A stretch of 64,000 bases of DNA from Promethearchaeota archaeon (lineage in GTDB: Archaea; Asgardarchaeota; Lokiarchaeia; Sigyniarchaeales; SOKP01): NCBI GenBank assembly GCA_030603385.1, contig JAUVXW010000012.1, forward strand, positions 1 through 64,000, given 5' to 3'. The notes under the pieces are model-generated. The model was not told the DNA's origin. It was given only the letters and a program-made list of their open reading frames with translations, and searched no databases. Of the stretch, positions 10,671-20,801 are shown piece by piece. Every line of letters begins with the position of its first letter. Position 1 is the first letter of the stretch. The position numbers and the translations under genes are program-made.

Positions 10671-11786
10671 TTAATTGGAATTTTTAAATATTGGGATGAT
10701 TTCCTCACTTATTATTTTAGTTACGTCAAAATATGTAAAGGGAGCGTTTCTACGCGATACCCCGTGTTGGAGCTCCAAGATGAAGTGCTGTGCACCCGCG
10801 TCAACAAATTTCTGTATCTTTTTGATAACATCTTCCGTAGTACCAATCATACCGCTTTCTTTTATTAATTTATCAGGAATATCCTCTGCCAATGGTGCTA
10901 ATTTCCTGTAATTAAACTTTGTTACATCTTCTCTATCATATACCAGTAGACTCATCTCATCACTACTAAAGCCGGTAGCCTCTTTGAATATTTGTTCATA
11001 TTCATCTTTCCAATATCCCAATTTCTTTAGCGTTCTTGGTTGCATACTTAATCCAGCTTTCATACCCCTATAAAAAGAGTTTAACTTTTCCTCGTCGTCA
11101 TTTATGAAAATTCGCGCAAAATATCCAAAAGTAAAATTATTTGGATCTCTTCCTTCTTTTTTCATGACATCTAGAATTGTATTCCGATTATCCTTATATA
11201 ATTCTGGAAAGGCGCCCAAAGGCATCCAACCGTCAGCTATTTCTGCTGTAAGCTTTAAGGTTTTGGGTCCATTTCCAGCTATCCACACAGGAATTTTGCT
11301 TATTGGCTTAGGGAGCATTACAGCATTTTTAGTTTGGAAATATTTTCCATTAAAAGTTACATCTTTTCCCTTTTCCCAAAATTCCTTCATCAATTTTATA
11401 GATTCACTCATCTTAGTAACAGCATGGTCAAATGGAATATTATATGCCTTTAAATTCATTCCCTCGCCAGCGCCGATCCCCAAAATGAAATTTCCTTCAG
11501 TCATGTGGTTAAGGGTAGTTGCCATTTGAGCCAAAGATGCCGGATGGAATCTGTAAGGATCAGTTACAGCAGACCCTAAAATCTTTCCTTTAGCTAATTC
11601 TGAGAATGCGCCAAATACCGGCCATAAACAAAAAAAATCATCTATAGCACTACCAGGAATGCCACTTAGGTGATCTGGAAGCCAGATAGAGTCCCATGCT
11701 TCTTGGCTAGCTGTTAAGACCTTCTTCTTAAGAAGATCCCATGCTTGAGAATAATATAGATTAACTCCAAATTTAATGTCTGTCAT
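10671..11786 (-). CDS. LLM-class (probably F420-dependent) oxidoreductase
   Basis: WLPDH, LGIGAGE and ADGWMP luciferase-like motifs. Confidence 0.85.
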   Translation of the reverse strand: MTDIKFGVNLYYSQAWDLLKKKVLTASQEAWDSIWLPDHLSGIPGSAIDDFFCLWPVFGAFSELAKGKILGSAVTDPYRFHPASLAQMATTLNHMTEGNFILGIGAGEGMNLKAYNIPFDHAVTKMSESIKLMKEFWEKGKDVTFNGKYFQTKNAVMLPKPISKIPVWIAGNGPKTLKLTAEIADGWMPLGAFPELYKDNRNTILDVMKKEGRDPNNFTFGYFARIFINDDEEKLNSFYRGMKAGLSMQPRTLKKLGYWKDEYEQIFKEATGFSSDEMSLLVYDREDVTKFNYRKLAPLAEDIPDKLIKESGMIGTTEDVIKKIQKFVDAGAQHFILELQHGVSRRNAPFTYFDVTKIISEEIIPIFKNSN

Positions 11787-11873
11787 TATAATACTTGTAT
11801 TTTAATTAATTTAAGATATTTTAAAGTAGTTAAATTGAAATTTAAGTTTTATTTTATCAATCATTTTTACTTC

Positions 11874-12413
11874 TTATCTTTCTTTCAACCACTCTTCTTG
11901 TAGAATACTCATAAAAATAGTATCATGATATTCTCCATTGACGAACATTGCTTGCCTCATTCGGCCTTCTTCTACAAATCCTATTTTGTTATAAGAATTT
12001 ATAGCTCTACTATTGAACTCATAAACACGTAACTGGATTCGGTTCAAATTCACAGTTTTAAATCCATACTCTAATAATAATTCCATTGCTTCTGTTCCAT
12101 ACCCTTTACCTTGGTATTCTTTTTCTCCTATAATGATTCCTACTTCTCCAACTCGATTTTTCCAATCTATTGCATGCAACCCACAATTTCCAATAAGCTT
12201 TTCTGCATCATTTTCATCAGTAATAATAATACCAAAAACAATAGTATCATTTTGATTCTTTAGGTTTTCAATCCAATCTTCCTCCATCATGCGAGTAAGT
12301 GGACGAAAAAAAGTTAAATATTGAGTTATTTCTGGATCATTTAACCACTTGAGATAAGATTCAACATACTCTCTTTTAACTGGACCAAGTTTTATTCTGT
12401 CTCCTTTTAACAT
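11874..12413 (-). CDS. GNAT acetyltransferase, RimJ/RimL type
   Basis: QGKGYGTEA, NSRAI..Y.KIGF and EGRMR motifs. Confidence 0.9.
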   Translation of the reverse strand: MLKGDRIKLGPVKREYVESYLKWLNDPEITQYLTFFRPLTRMMEEDWIENLKNQNDTIVFGIIITDENDAEKLIGNCGLHAIDWKNRVGEVGIIIGEKEYQGKGYGTEAMELLLEYGFKTVNLNRIQLRVYEFNSRAINSYNKIGFVEEGRMRQAMFVNGEYHDTIFMSILQEEWLKER

Positions 12414-12492
12414 AAATGAAAAAAATCGGTATTTGAATAAAAAATTAATTAAATAAATTTAGAATAAAAAAAGAAAAATAGAAATAAACTTT

Positions 12493-15378
12493 TTAAAAGG
12501 TTATACCATAGCTGCGAGCTGCATATTTTACAATCTCAAATGAGGCAATGCAGATTAACGAGATCAAGAAACACATTAACCAATCTAGTCCTGTTAAATA
12601 CATGAACATAAAATTAATTCCTGCATCTGCGAGCGCTACTTGAACGCCAGGAATGTACATTAATGCTAGAAGGACAAAGAATAATAATCCTATCAATAGA
12701 TACATAAATTTGTTACTATCTTCTTTTATGCTTCTCATTAGAGACTTATTTGGTCGTCTGATTTGAAATACTAAAAATGATTCGCAGAAAAATAAGGTAA
12801 CCATAAGCATTGTTAGAGTTTTTGCTTCCACTAATGTAACTCCAGAAGGAAGCAAATAAGCTGTTTTAGATGTAAAGAGATAAGCGTTGTCAAGACCACC
12901 AAAATCTAAAATGTCTGGTGTTGGATATACTCCACTAAAAGTGATTGAATAAACCACAACCATGCTAATAGCTAATAAAATTCCAAATATGAATAAAAGA
13001 ATAATAGTGTTTTTCGATAGTATCTCTTCTGAATCTTTTGGTTTTTCTTTCATTACATCTTCGGATGTTGAGTCAAATGTAAGGATTAAACCTGGAAACA
13101 TATGTAAAGTAATTGCAAGAAAGATCCATTGATTGTAAAATTCAAGATTGAGGAAATATGGCAAATCTAAAATAATTGCTAATATGAATTGAACAATCCC
13201 TTCAAAAACATTGATGCAAATATAAAAGAACACTACAGCACGGATTCTTGCAAATATACCTCTCCCATGATGAATGCCAGTTACAATAGAATTAAAAGAA
13301 TCGTCTGAGATTACCATATCTGAAGCCTCTTTAGCTACATCGGTTCCTGTGATTCCCATTGCCACACCTGCATCTGCCATATTTAAAGCTAAAGCATCAT
13401 TTACCCCATCCCCTGTCATGGCGACGACTTTTTTTTGTGCTTGATAATTTTCCACGATATCCTCTTTATGTTCTGGCGAAACCCGTGCAAATACACGTAT
13501 TTGCGAAAATTCTTCGTATGATTCAATATTTTTAACATCTTTACCCTCTGCTACAATATCGCTTTCTTGAGTTATAATTGCTATTTGTGAAGCAATTGCT
13601 CTAGCTGTAGTTGGCGAGTCACCGGTAATCATTACAACTTCTACTCCCGCTTCATGGCATTGTTCTACAGATTCTCTCACACCCTCTCTTGGAGGATCTA
13701 ATATTGTTACAAATCCAATAAAGGTTAAATCTGATTCACTTACTTTCCTCCCCTCATCTCCTTCAGGAGGAATTTCATCCATTTCTTTATAACATAAACT
13801 CAGTATTCTGTATCCTTGATTTGCATATAGATTTACTATTTCCATTACTTTTGTTTTAATTTCTTGACTAAACTCAATTTCTTTATCATTATAAATAATT
13901 TTCTTACACAAAGGCAATAAAACTTCACTTGCTCCCTTTGTAAAAGAAATGTAGACATTATCTCTCTTATAGAGTTTGGTCATCCTTTTTACAGAGGAAT
14001 CAAAAGGGTATTCTGTTATAGGCTTAAATTCATCAAGAAGATAATCACCCATAATTTTCTGAAACAGCACATTCAATGATCCTTCTGTTGGACTGCCAAT
14101 TACCTCCCAATTATAGTGTGTTTTCCCGGAGATCTGTATTTCATTTTTTATTAAAGCAGAATTGTTATTTAAAAAACCTGCAGTTAAAAGTAATTTTAAA
14201 TGTGGATATTCATCAATGTGCTTTACATAAATAAAATCCTTAGGATCATCCATTAAAACTATGTCTCCATCAGGAGTATACCCGCCACCTGTAACTCTAA
14301 AAATTGAACCATTAGTCCAAACATGTTGAACGGACATCTGATTTTTAGTCAATGTTCCCGTTTTATCAGAACAGACAACACTAACACGCCCTAAACTGTC
14401 TACTGATGCGAGATTTCTTATAATTACACCATGATGGGCCATTGCCAGAACCCCTGTTATCAAAACAATCGTTACGAGTAGAGGAATATTTATAGGCATT
14501 AAATCAAGTGCAGAATTTAAACTTTCAACAATCTCGAGTCGAGTAAATCCACTTGCGATCCAAATTACCATCAATATTATAAACCAAAATATAAAAACAG
14601 CCAGTCCTAACCATTTACCAAAATTATTCATTTTCTCTCGAATTGGGATTTCACTGGTTCCAGCTTCTTCCAGACCATGAGAGATCTTACCAATTTCAGT
14701 ATCTCCCCCCGTTTTTACTACAATAGATTTTCCAGTACCTGTTGTGATATAGGTCCCATAAAACACCATATTCGCACGTTCGCCTATAGTAATTTCCTTT
14801 TCGCTTATTGCTTTTCCAGATTCAACTTTTTCTACGGGCTCACTTTCTCCTGTTAATGATGCTTCATTTACTATGAGGTTAAAAGCTTCAACTATTCTAG
14901 CATCCGCAGGAATTTTATCTCCTTGATTTATAACTAAAAGATCTCCCTTAACAATATCTTTTGTAGGAACCTCCATCTTTTGTCCATCTCTTATAATAGT
15001 AGATGTAGGAGCAGTTAGTTCGCGTAAAGCTTTAAGTTTTTTAGTTGCTCTGTATTGTTGAATAATAGCAACCAAACAATTAAGTCCAACAATTCCTAAA
15101 GTTAAGGCTATAAAGGTTAGGTTTCCTTCTCCACCAAAAACCCATGCTAAGAATAATATTAAGGACCCAATAAGATATATAACGATTAACCAATTAAATA
15201 ACGGAGCTAAATATATTTTAATGAACCCTTTTGAGACTTTGGGGATCTCATTTAAACCATATTCTTCCAATCGTATTGTAGCTTCCTTTTGAGTTAATCC
15301 TTTATCAGGATCAGTTTGAAGTTTTTTATAAATTTGCTCTAATTCAAGATTATAAAAGTTTTCTTCTGTTGCTTCCAT
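12493..15378 (-). CDS. P-type ATPase, P2A-like scaffold with atypical transport site
   Basis: LTGES, CSDKTGT, KGA, MITGD and TGDGVND motifs; M4 PINIP instead of PEGLP. Confidence 0.9.
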   Translation of the reverse strand: MEATEENFYNLELEQIYKKLQTDPDKGLTQKEATIRLEEYGLNEIPKVSKGFIKIYLAPLFNWLIVIYLIGSLILFLAWVFGGEGNLTFIALTLGIVGLNCLVAIIQQYRATKKLKALRELTAPTSTIIRDGQKMEVPTKDIVKGDLLVINQGDKIPADARIVEAFNLIVNEASLTGESEPVEKVESGKAISEKEITIGERANMVFYGTYITTGTGKSIVVKTGGDTEIGKISHGLEEAGTSEIPIREKMNNFGKWLGLAVFIFWFIILMVIWIASGFTRLEIVESLNSALDLMPINIPLLVTIVLITGVLAMAHHGVIIRNLASVDSLGRVSVVCSDKTGTLTKNQMSVQHVWTNGSIFRVTGGGYTPDGDIVLMDDPKDFIYVKHIDEYPHLKLLLTAGFLNNNSALIKNEIQISGKTHYNWEVIGSPTEGSLNVLFQKIMGDYLLDEFKPITEYPFDSSVKRMTKLYKRDNVYISFTKGASEVLLPLCKKIIYNDKEIEFSQEIKTKVMEIVNLYANQGYRILSLCYKEMDEIPPEGDEGRKVSESDLTFIGFVTILDPPREGVRESVEQCHEAGVEVVMITGDSPTTARAIASQIAIITQESDIVAEGKDVKNIESYEEFSQIRVFARVSPEHKEDIVENYQAQKKVVAMTGDGVNDALALNMADAGVAMGITGTDVAKEASDMVISDDSFNSIVTGIHHGRGIFARIRAVVFFYICINVFEGIVQFILAIILDLPYFLNLEFYNQWIFLAITLHMFPGLILTFDSTSEDVMKEKPKDSEEILSKNTIILLFIFGILLAISMVVVYSITFSGVYPTPDILDFGGLDNAYLFTSKTAYLLPSGVTLVEAKTLTMLMVTLFFCESFLVFQIRRPNKSLMRSIKEDSNKFMYLLIGLLFFVLLALMYIPGVQVALADAGINFMFMYLTGLDWLMCFLISLICIASFEIVKYAARSYGITF

Positions 15379-15500
15379 ATTGGATCTACCAATTTTAGTA
15401 TTATAATTTAGAGATAATTGAATTCAAATATTCAATATAATAATAAATAACCTATAATAATTATGCCTTTTAATATTACTTTTTTTTAAAAAATAGGTAT

Positions 15501-16040
15501 TTAGCTCCAATTTTGTTTAAGTTCTTTTTTAGTAATTTTAGATACGTTATCAACTGCAAATAGAATGAAATTACAACATTTATTTTCCCAAGCTCTAGTT
15601 TTAACATACTGTCTAAGATCGATATTCAAATCAAAGCCACAAAGTTCCTCACACATTACTGAACCAAATTCTTCTTCAAACCTTTTAGCAAATCTTACAG
15701 CTTTACCATATACTTTTGGCACATCTAGATCTTTTATTTTATCCTGACCTCCCATTATAATCCCAATAGCTGCTAGGGCACCAGAAATAGCGCCACATGG
15801 TCCTTTCCATCCATTTTTACACTTGAATTGGGCAAAACCGCTAAATGGAACAGCTAGGTTGTTAAAGTAATCATATTTTCCTTCTCCTAAATTTAAGACA
15901 TCTACGATACTATTAAAAGTATCAGCAGCACAACTATTTCCAATATTTTTTCCCATAGGGGGAAGTGTATCTTTTAATTCGATAAGTTTTTCATCAAAAC
16001 GTTTGATAATATCTGTTTTTAAAGAGTTGAGGTTACTCAT
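15501..16040 (-). CDS. C_GCAxxG_C_C family putative redox/metal-binding protein
   Basis: SCA, GPCGAISGA, CEELCG and terminal CC pattern. Confidence 0.75.
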   Translation of the reverse strand: MSNLNSLKTDIIKRFDEKLIELKDTLPPMGKNIGNSCAADTFNSIVDVLNLGEGKYDYFNNLAVPFSGFAQFKCKNGWKGPCGAISGALAAIGIIMGGQDKIKDLDVPKVYGKAVRFAKRFEEEFGSVMCEELCGFDLNIDLRQYVKTRAWENKCCNFILFAVDNVSKITKKELKQNWS

Positions 16041-16095
16041 AATAGGTTTATAAGATAGGTTATAATATTTAAAGTTGACTTAATTATAAAGATAA

Positions 16096-18951
16096 TTAGA
16101 AGAAAACCTTCTTCTTCCTTGCTACATTTTTATAAATTTCAATACCGAGGATACCAGGTAAAGCTAGTAATATACATATTAACCAGTCCGTGCCACTAAG
16201 GAACATAAAATTTATTTGCAAATTTAGGCCAAAAACATCATTTATATAATAATTTATGGAATAAGAAAAGCAAATAAATAGCACGTGTAATGTTAACGTA
16301 AATAGACAAATAACCAATAGAGAAATGGATAATTCTTCTTTTAAACTTTTAGAGAGAGATGAATTTGGCCTTCTGAAGGTCCATATGAAATTTGTTTCAA
16401 CAATAAATATTGTTGTAATGAACATCGTTCTTGCTTTTTGAGCCAGTTCTTGTCCTGGAACAACATAACTAATATTTGGGTTTAAATTCCATTCATTTAA
16501 TGGGATGGCACCCCCTAAAGTTAATTGTAACGCCAATACTAATCCTATTCCCATCAAAAACGCTTGTACCAATAACATTATCCACAGATTCTTATTCAAT
16601 ATTTGTTCTTCATCTCTAGGAGCTTCGCGCATAATATCCTTAGGATGTGTATCAATCACCAGTGCTAAGGAAGGTAGTGAGTGTACAATGCCAAAAATAT
16701 AAATATGTTGCCATTCTGAACTAAAGAGATCAAATATTGGTATGAATTCATAAGAGAAAAAAATAATCGATTCCATTATATTCAGGCATATGAAGAAGTA
16801 GATTATTGTTCTAATTTTTGAAAAAAGACCACGACCTATTCGAACTCCTTTTTCAATTGAAGTAAAGTTATCGTCTGAGATAACCATATCAGCAGTTTCT
16901 TTAGCTACATCAGTTCCTGTTATTCCCATAGCAATACCTGCGTTCGCTAATTTTAAGGCAAGAGAATCATTTATTCCATCGCCAGTCATAGCTACGACGT
17001 GATCTTTATTTTGATAGTGATTTACAATGATTTCCTTGTCAGAAGGCTCCACTCTAGCGAATACAGACACTTTTTCAAATTCAGTTTCACTGAGATCTTT
17101 AATTTGTTTTCCTTCTGCTAAAACATCTCCTTCTTTATAAATGCTCATTTGAGTAGCAATAGTTTTTGCTGTGGCGGGATGGTCACCAGTTATCATAATA
17201 ACTTTAATATCACCAGATTGACATTCCTCTATTGATTCTTTAACACCTATACGGGGAGGATCCATAATTGAAACATATCCTAAAAATATTAGGTTATCTT
17301 CGATAACTTCACGTTTTGGTTGATTGATATCACTTAACATTTTATAAGCAATAGATAATGTTCTAAAACCTTGACTTGCTCGCTCCCTTATTTCTTCTAA
17401 GATTTTTGTTTTATTATTATTATCAAATTTTTCAATATTTCCATTTATTTCAATCTGAGAGCAAATGGTAATAATATTCTCAGGGGCTCCTTTAGAGAAT
17501 ACAAAAATATCTTTATTAGTTTCCTTTAATTCATAGATCGAGCTCATACGTTTTAATTCGGAGCTAAAAGAAAATTCGGTAAGAAGAGTATATTTTTTTT
17601 TTACATCATATGGAATATAACCTGCCTTTTCAGATAAAACAAGCAAGGCTGCTTCGGTAGGGGATCCTAATGCACGTCTTACTGCCATTTCTTTTTTGTC
17701 TCCTACCCTAACTTTTACATCTTCGAAAACAAGTTGCGCGTTATTATTCAAAACAATTGAATCGATGAATTTCTGAAATGTAGAATTATCGTTAAGATGG
17801 ATAATTCCACCATTGAATGATATCTCGCCTTCTGCATCATACCCGGAACCACTAACATCATACTCTTTCTCATTTATCCAAAATTTTTCAACTGTCATCT
17901 CGTTCTTTGTAATTGTACCAGTTTTATCAGAACAGATAACAGATACACGACCCAGTGATTCAATTGCTGATAAATTTTTGATAATTACTCCGTGTTGGGC
18001 CATGCTTAAAACACCTGTTATAAGAACAAGAGTACTTAATAAAGGTAAATTTATTGGAAGTATATTTGTTGCCCTTAAAATAGAACTTACTAAAGCACTA
18101 CTAATTTCTGCTTGAATAAAATTTCCTTCATAAGCTAAAAGAATGAATTTATAAGATATTAATATGAATAAATTGATCAATACGATTGTTCCCAAAATAT
18201 ATCCCAATCTATTCAGTTTTCGCGTCAATGGAATATCTTCAATACTCCCCATTTCATTTAGAGTTGTAGATATTTTTCCTATCTGTGTATTCACACCGGT
18301 ACCCGTTATTAAGGCTTTTGCCCTCCCAGTATTTACATATGTTCCCATAAACACCATATTGGTTTGTTTTTGAATGGGTACATCATTTTTCTCTAATATT
18401 TTATGGGTCTTTTCTACAGGTTCGCTTTCACCAGTTAAAGGTGCTTCATCTACTCTCAAATTAATTTGATTAATAATTCTTCCATCTGCTGGAGTTTTAT
18501 CTCCTTGATCTAGTAGAATTATATCTCCAGGTACCAATTCTCTGTTGGGAATCTCTAGTTGATCTCCATCCCTTAGAACCGTAGCTTTCAAAGCAGATAT
18601 TTGCCTTAGAGATTCCAGTGCTTTTTGGGCTCTAAATTGTTGAACAATAACAGTAGCAGAATTTATTACTACAACTGTGAATGTAATGACCGTTTCACCA
18701 GGAGAACCCAAAATAACAACTATTACTCCAGTAATAAGAAGGATGACTATTAAAAAATTAAAAATTGGAGCAAGATATATTTTCCAAATAGATTTTTTAA
18801 TTTTTGGTAATTCATTGTATCCTGATTTTAGATATCTGTTTTCTAAATCAGAAGATTTTAATCCTTGATCAGGATCAGTATTGAAATGTTCTAATAGTTC
18901 ATCAACTGATTGAGAATAATAAGTTTCATTGGAATTTTTTACTGTTGACAT
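16096..18951 (-). CDS. P-type ATPase paralog, P2A-like scaffold with atypical transport site
   Basis: LTGES, CSDKTGT, KGAPE, MITGD and TGDGIND motifs; M4 PINLP. Confidence 0.9.
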   Translation of the reverse strand: MSTVKNSNETYYSQSVDELLEHFNTDPDQGLKSSDLENRYLKSGYNELPKIKKSIWKIYLAPIFNFLIVILLITGVIVVILGSPGETVITFTVVVINSATVIVQQFRAQKALESLRQISALKATVLRDGDQLEIPNRELVPGDIILLDQGDKTPADGRIINQINLRVDEAPLTGESEPVEKTHKILEKNDVPIQKQTNMVFMGTYVNTGRAKALITGTGVNTQIGKISTTLNEMGSIEDIPLTRKLNRLGYILGTIVLINLFILISYKFILLAYEGNFIQAEISSALVSSILRATNILPINLPLLSTLVLITGVLSMAQHGVIIKNLSAIESLGRVSVICSDKTGTITKNEMTVEKFWINEKEYDVSGSGYDAEGEISFNGGIIHLNDNSTFQKFIDSIVLNNNAQLVFEDVKVRVGDKKEMAVRRALGSPTEAALLVLSEKAGYIPYDVKKKYTLLTEFSFSSELKRMSSIYELKETNKDIFVFSKGAPENIITICSQIEINGNIEKFDNNNKTKILEEIRERASQGFRTLSIAYKMLSDINQPKREVIEDNLIFLGYVSIMDPPRIGVKESIEECQSGDIKVIMITGDHPATAKTIATQMSIYKEGDVLAEGKQIKDLSETEFEKVSVFARVEPSDKEIIVNHYQNKDHVVAMTGDGINDSLALKLANAGIAMGITGTDVAKETADMVISDDNFTSIEKGVRIGRGLFSKIRTIIYFFICLNIMESIIFFSYEFIPIFDLFSSEWQHIYIFGIVHSLPSLALVIDTHPKDIMREAPRDEEQILNKNLWIMLLVQAFLMGIGLVLALQLTLGGAIPLNEWNLNPNISYVVPGQELAQKARTMFITTIFIVETNFIWTFRRPNSSLSKSLKEELSISLLVICLFTLTLHVLFICFSYSINYYINDVFGLNLQINFMFLSGTDWLICILLALPGILGIEIYKNVARKKKVFF

Positions 18952-19052
18952 ATTTGTTATAAATGTGCTAATTGTTAAATAATAAATATCATAAATTCTA
19001 AAGTTTTTAATGGTTTATAATTTCTTAAAAATTCTTAATGATATTTAAAGAA

Positions 19053-19997
19053 TTAGAGTTTTAATTCTTGAGGATCTCCCAAGATCTCTTTTAATAAGTG
19101 ATATTTCTTTCTAATAGTAGTACTTGAGAATTTGCTATATCTTTCAATAACACTCTGTGTAAAAATCTTTCTATTCTCCAAGGTTTGTCCGATATAATAG
19201 ATTAAGCCAGCTGTGAAAGCTTTATAATTTAGGTTTTGGATTTGTTTATATGGAATTAAGTTGAGGATCTTATCTACTAACAACTGCATATTAATTTTCG
19301 TCTTTTCAAATTGAGACTTATTTGAAAAGAATTCTTGGACTTTCTCATATGGAATACTATTTAAATCTTTTTGAAAAACAATTTTTATTTTATTTTTAAT
19401 CTCTTTTTCTAATGATGAAGCATCTTTTTTCTGTTCTTTTAACATTTTTTCAGTTCTTTTTGCCTTTAACATGGCATTTGATAACATCTTTTTATTGACC
19501 TTATGACCTAACTCCTTGGTAACTCCAATAAATTCTTCAATACGAATATTTGTGGTGTCTTTTATTTCCAACCAAATTATAGCCAGAAATATTATAACCA
19601 TATTTTGATAATTATGTCTGTGATATTTATTATAGCGTAAATAACGATCTTTAATCTCTCGGTATTTTACATTATCTATATTTAACCCAATACCATGACT
19701 TTTTAGTAATTCAATGGTTTTCTTTTGTTCTGTGAAATCGGATTCGTAATCGCGAAACCACTTTTCGAGTGTCTTTATCCGTTCATATTTTTCACGTATG
19801 ATTGGATCTTGCAAAGCTTTTGAGTCGTTAACACGGATACGCCTTTCATAATCTCTTTGAGACTCTGAATAATATTCACCGTAAGTTTGTTTATCCTCAG
19901 AAGCTAATTTTTCTTCTAAGATTAAACCACAATCTTGGCAAATTATATCTCCTCCCTCCCGTTTCACATTTTTGTGCTGGCACTTCGAGGTTTCCAT
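19053..19997 (-). CDS. Divergent TFIIB/TFB-like protein (Zn ribbon plus cyclin-like repeats)
   Basis: CxH...CQDCG ribbon; C-terminal AGLIY...TQ..I...SSTTIRK resembling the TFB second-repeat HTH. Confidence 0.65.
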   Translation of the reverse strand: METSKCQHKNVKREGGDIICQDCGLILEEKLASEDKQTYGEYYSESQRDYERRIRVNDSKALQDPIIREKYERIKTLEKWFRDYESDFTEQKKTIELLKSHGIGLNIDNVKYREIKDRYLRYNKYHRHNYQNMVIIFLAIIWLEIKDTTNIRIEEFIGVTKELGHKVNKKMLSNAMLKAKRTEKMLKEQKKDASSLEKEIKNKIKIVFQKDLNSIPYEKVQEFFSNKSQFEKTKINMQLLVDKILNLIPYKQIQNLNYKAFTAGLIYYIGQTLENRKIFTQSVIERYSKFSSTTIRKKYHLLKEILGDPQELKL

Positions 19998-20166
19998 ATC
20001 TATATCCTTATTACTCCTTAAAAAAAAATCAATTTATGTTTTTTATTTGAAATATTATTAAATTTTCTTAAAAATAATAATATTAATAATTTTTATTAAT
20101 TTCAAAAACAATAATAAGTAAAAATATAATTGCATAAAAAATTTTCTTACAATTTTAATAGAAAGT

Positions 20167-20742
20167 GTGATGGTAAACATGGAACATAAGAAAGTGTCAA
20201 AATTGCTGGAAATTATCGGTTACATTTTTATGAGCCTTTCTTGCCTTGAGATTACTTTTTTTATCTCATTAAATTTCATGGAATTTAATAATATAGAGAC
20301 AAATCCAATTCTTCTTTCAGAATTTATTTACGGATCTAATTATATATCCTTAACAGGAACAGTATTATGGTTAATTCTAATTATTTCTATGGGGTGTTAT
20401 GCAATAATTGGCTTCGTTATGTTCAAAACTGCGAAGAGTAATAAGATTAAAAATAATTTATTAGCTAAACTTATGGTTGTTATTGGAATGGTAATTTTAC
20501 TCGGAGCTCTTGTTAAGATGAATTACATAGTTCTGTTAGGTAAGACTGATATATCTACACTTTCTGTGGACATTTCATTCCAATCGGCTTTATATGATTT
20601 TGATATTACACCAATTTTACCTGCGATATTTTGGGTATATTTCATTTCTGCCACATGTTGCTATATGATCGGGGGATTAGTAATAACTACCCTTGGTATT
20701 AAATGGAATTTATTAATAGAAAAACCAGAGGATACAAAATAA
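20167..20742 (+). CDS. Hypothetical 4-TM membrane protein
   Basis: Four hydrophobic segments; fills the intergenic space. Confidence 0.7.
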   Translation: MMVNMEHKKVSKLLEIIGYIFMSLSCLEITFFISLNFMEFNNIETNPILLSEFIYGSNYISLTGTVLWLILIISMGCYAIIGFVMFKTAKSNKIKNNLLAKLMVVIGMVILLGALVKMNYIVLLGKTDISTLSVDISFQSALYDFDITPILPAIFWVYFISATCCYMIGGLVITTLGIKWNLLIEKPEDTK

Positions 20743-20801
20743 TAAAAAGAAATTAAAAATATAAAAAGGTTAATTTATTTTAACCAAAATTGTGAAATTC
20801 T

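Noticed and set aside
12493-18951. Annotating the ATPases as Ca2+ pumps, P3A proton pumps or bona fide P4 flippases
   Set aside because: Ca site II ligands are missing; the P3A M6 Asp is missing; the P4 DGET motif and a CDC50-like partner are not seen
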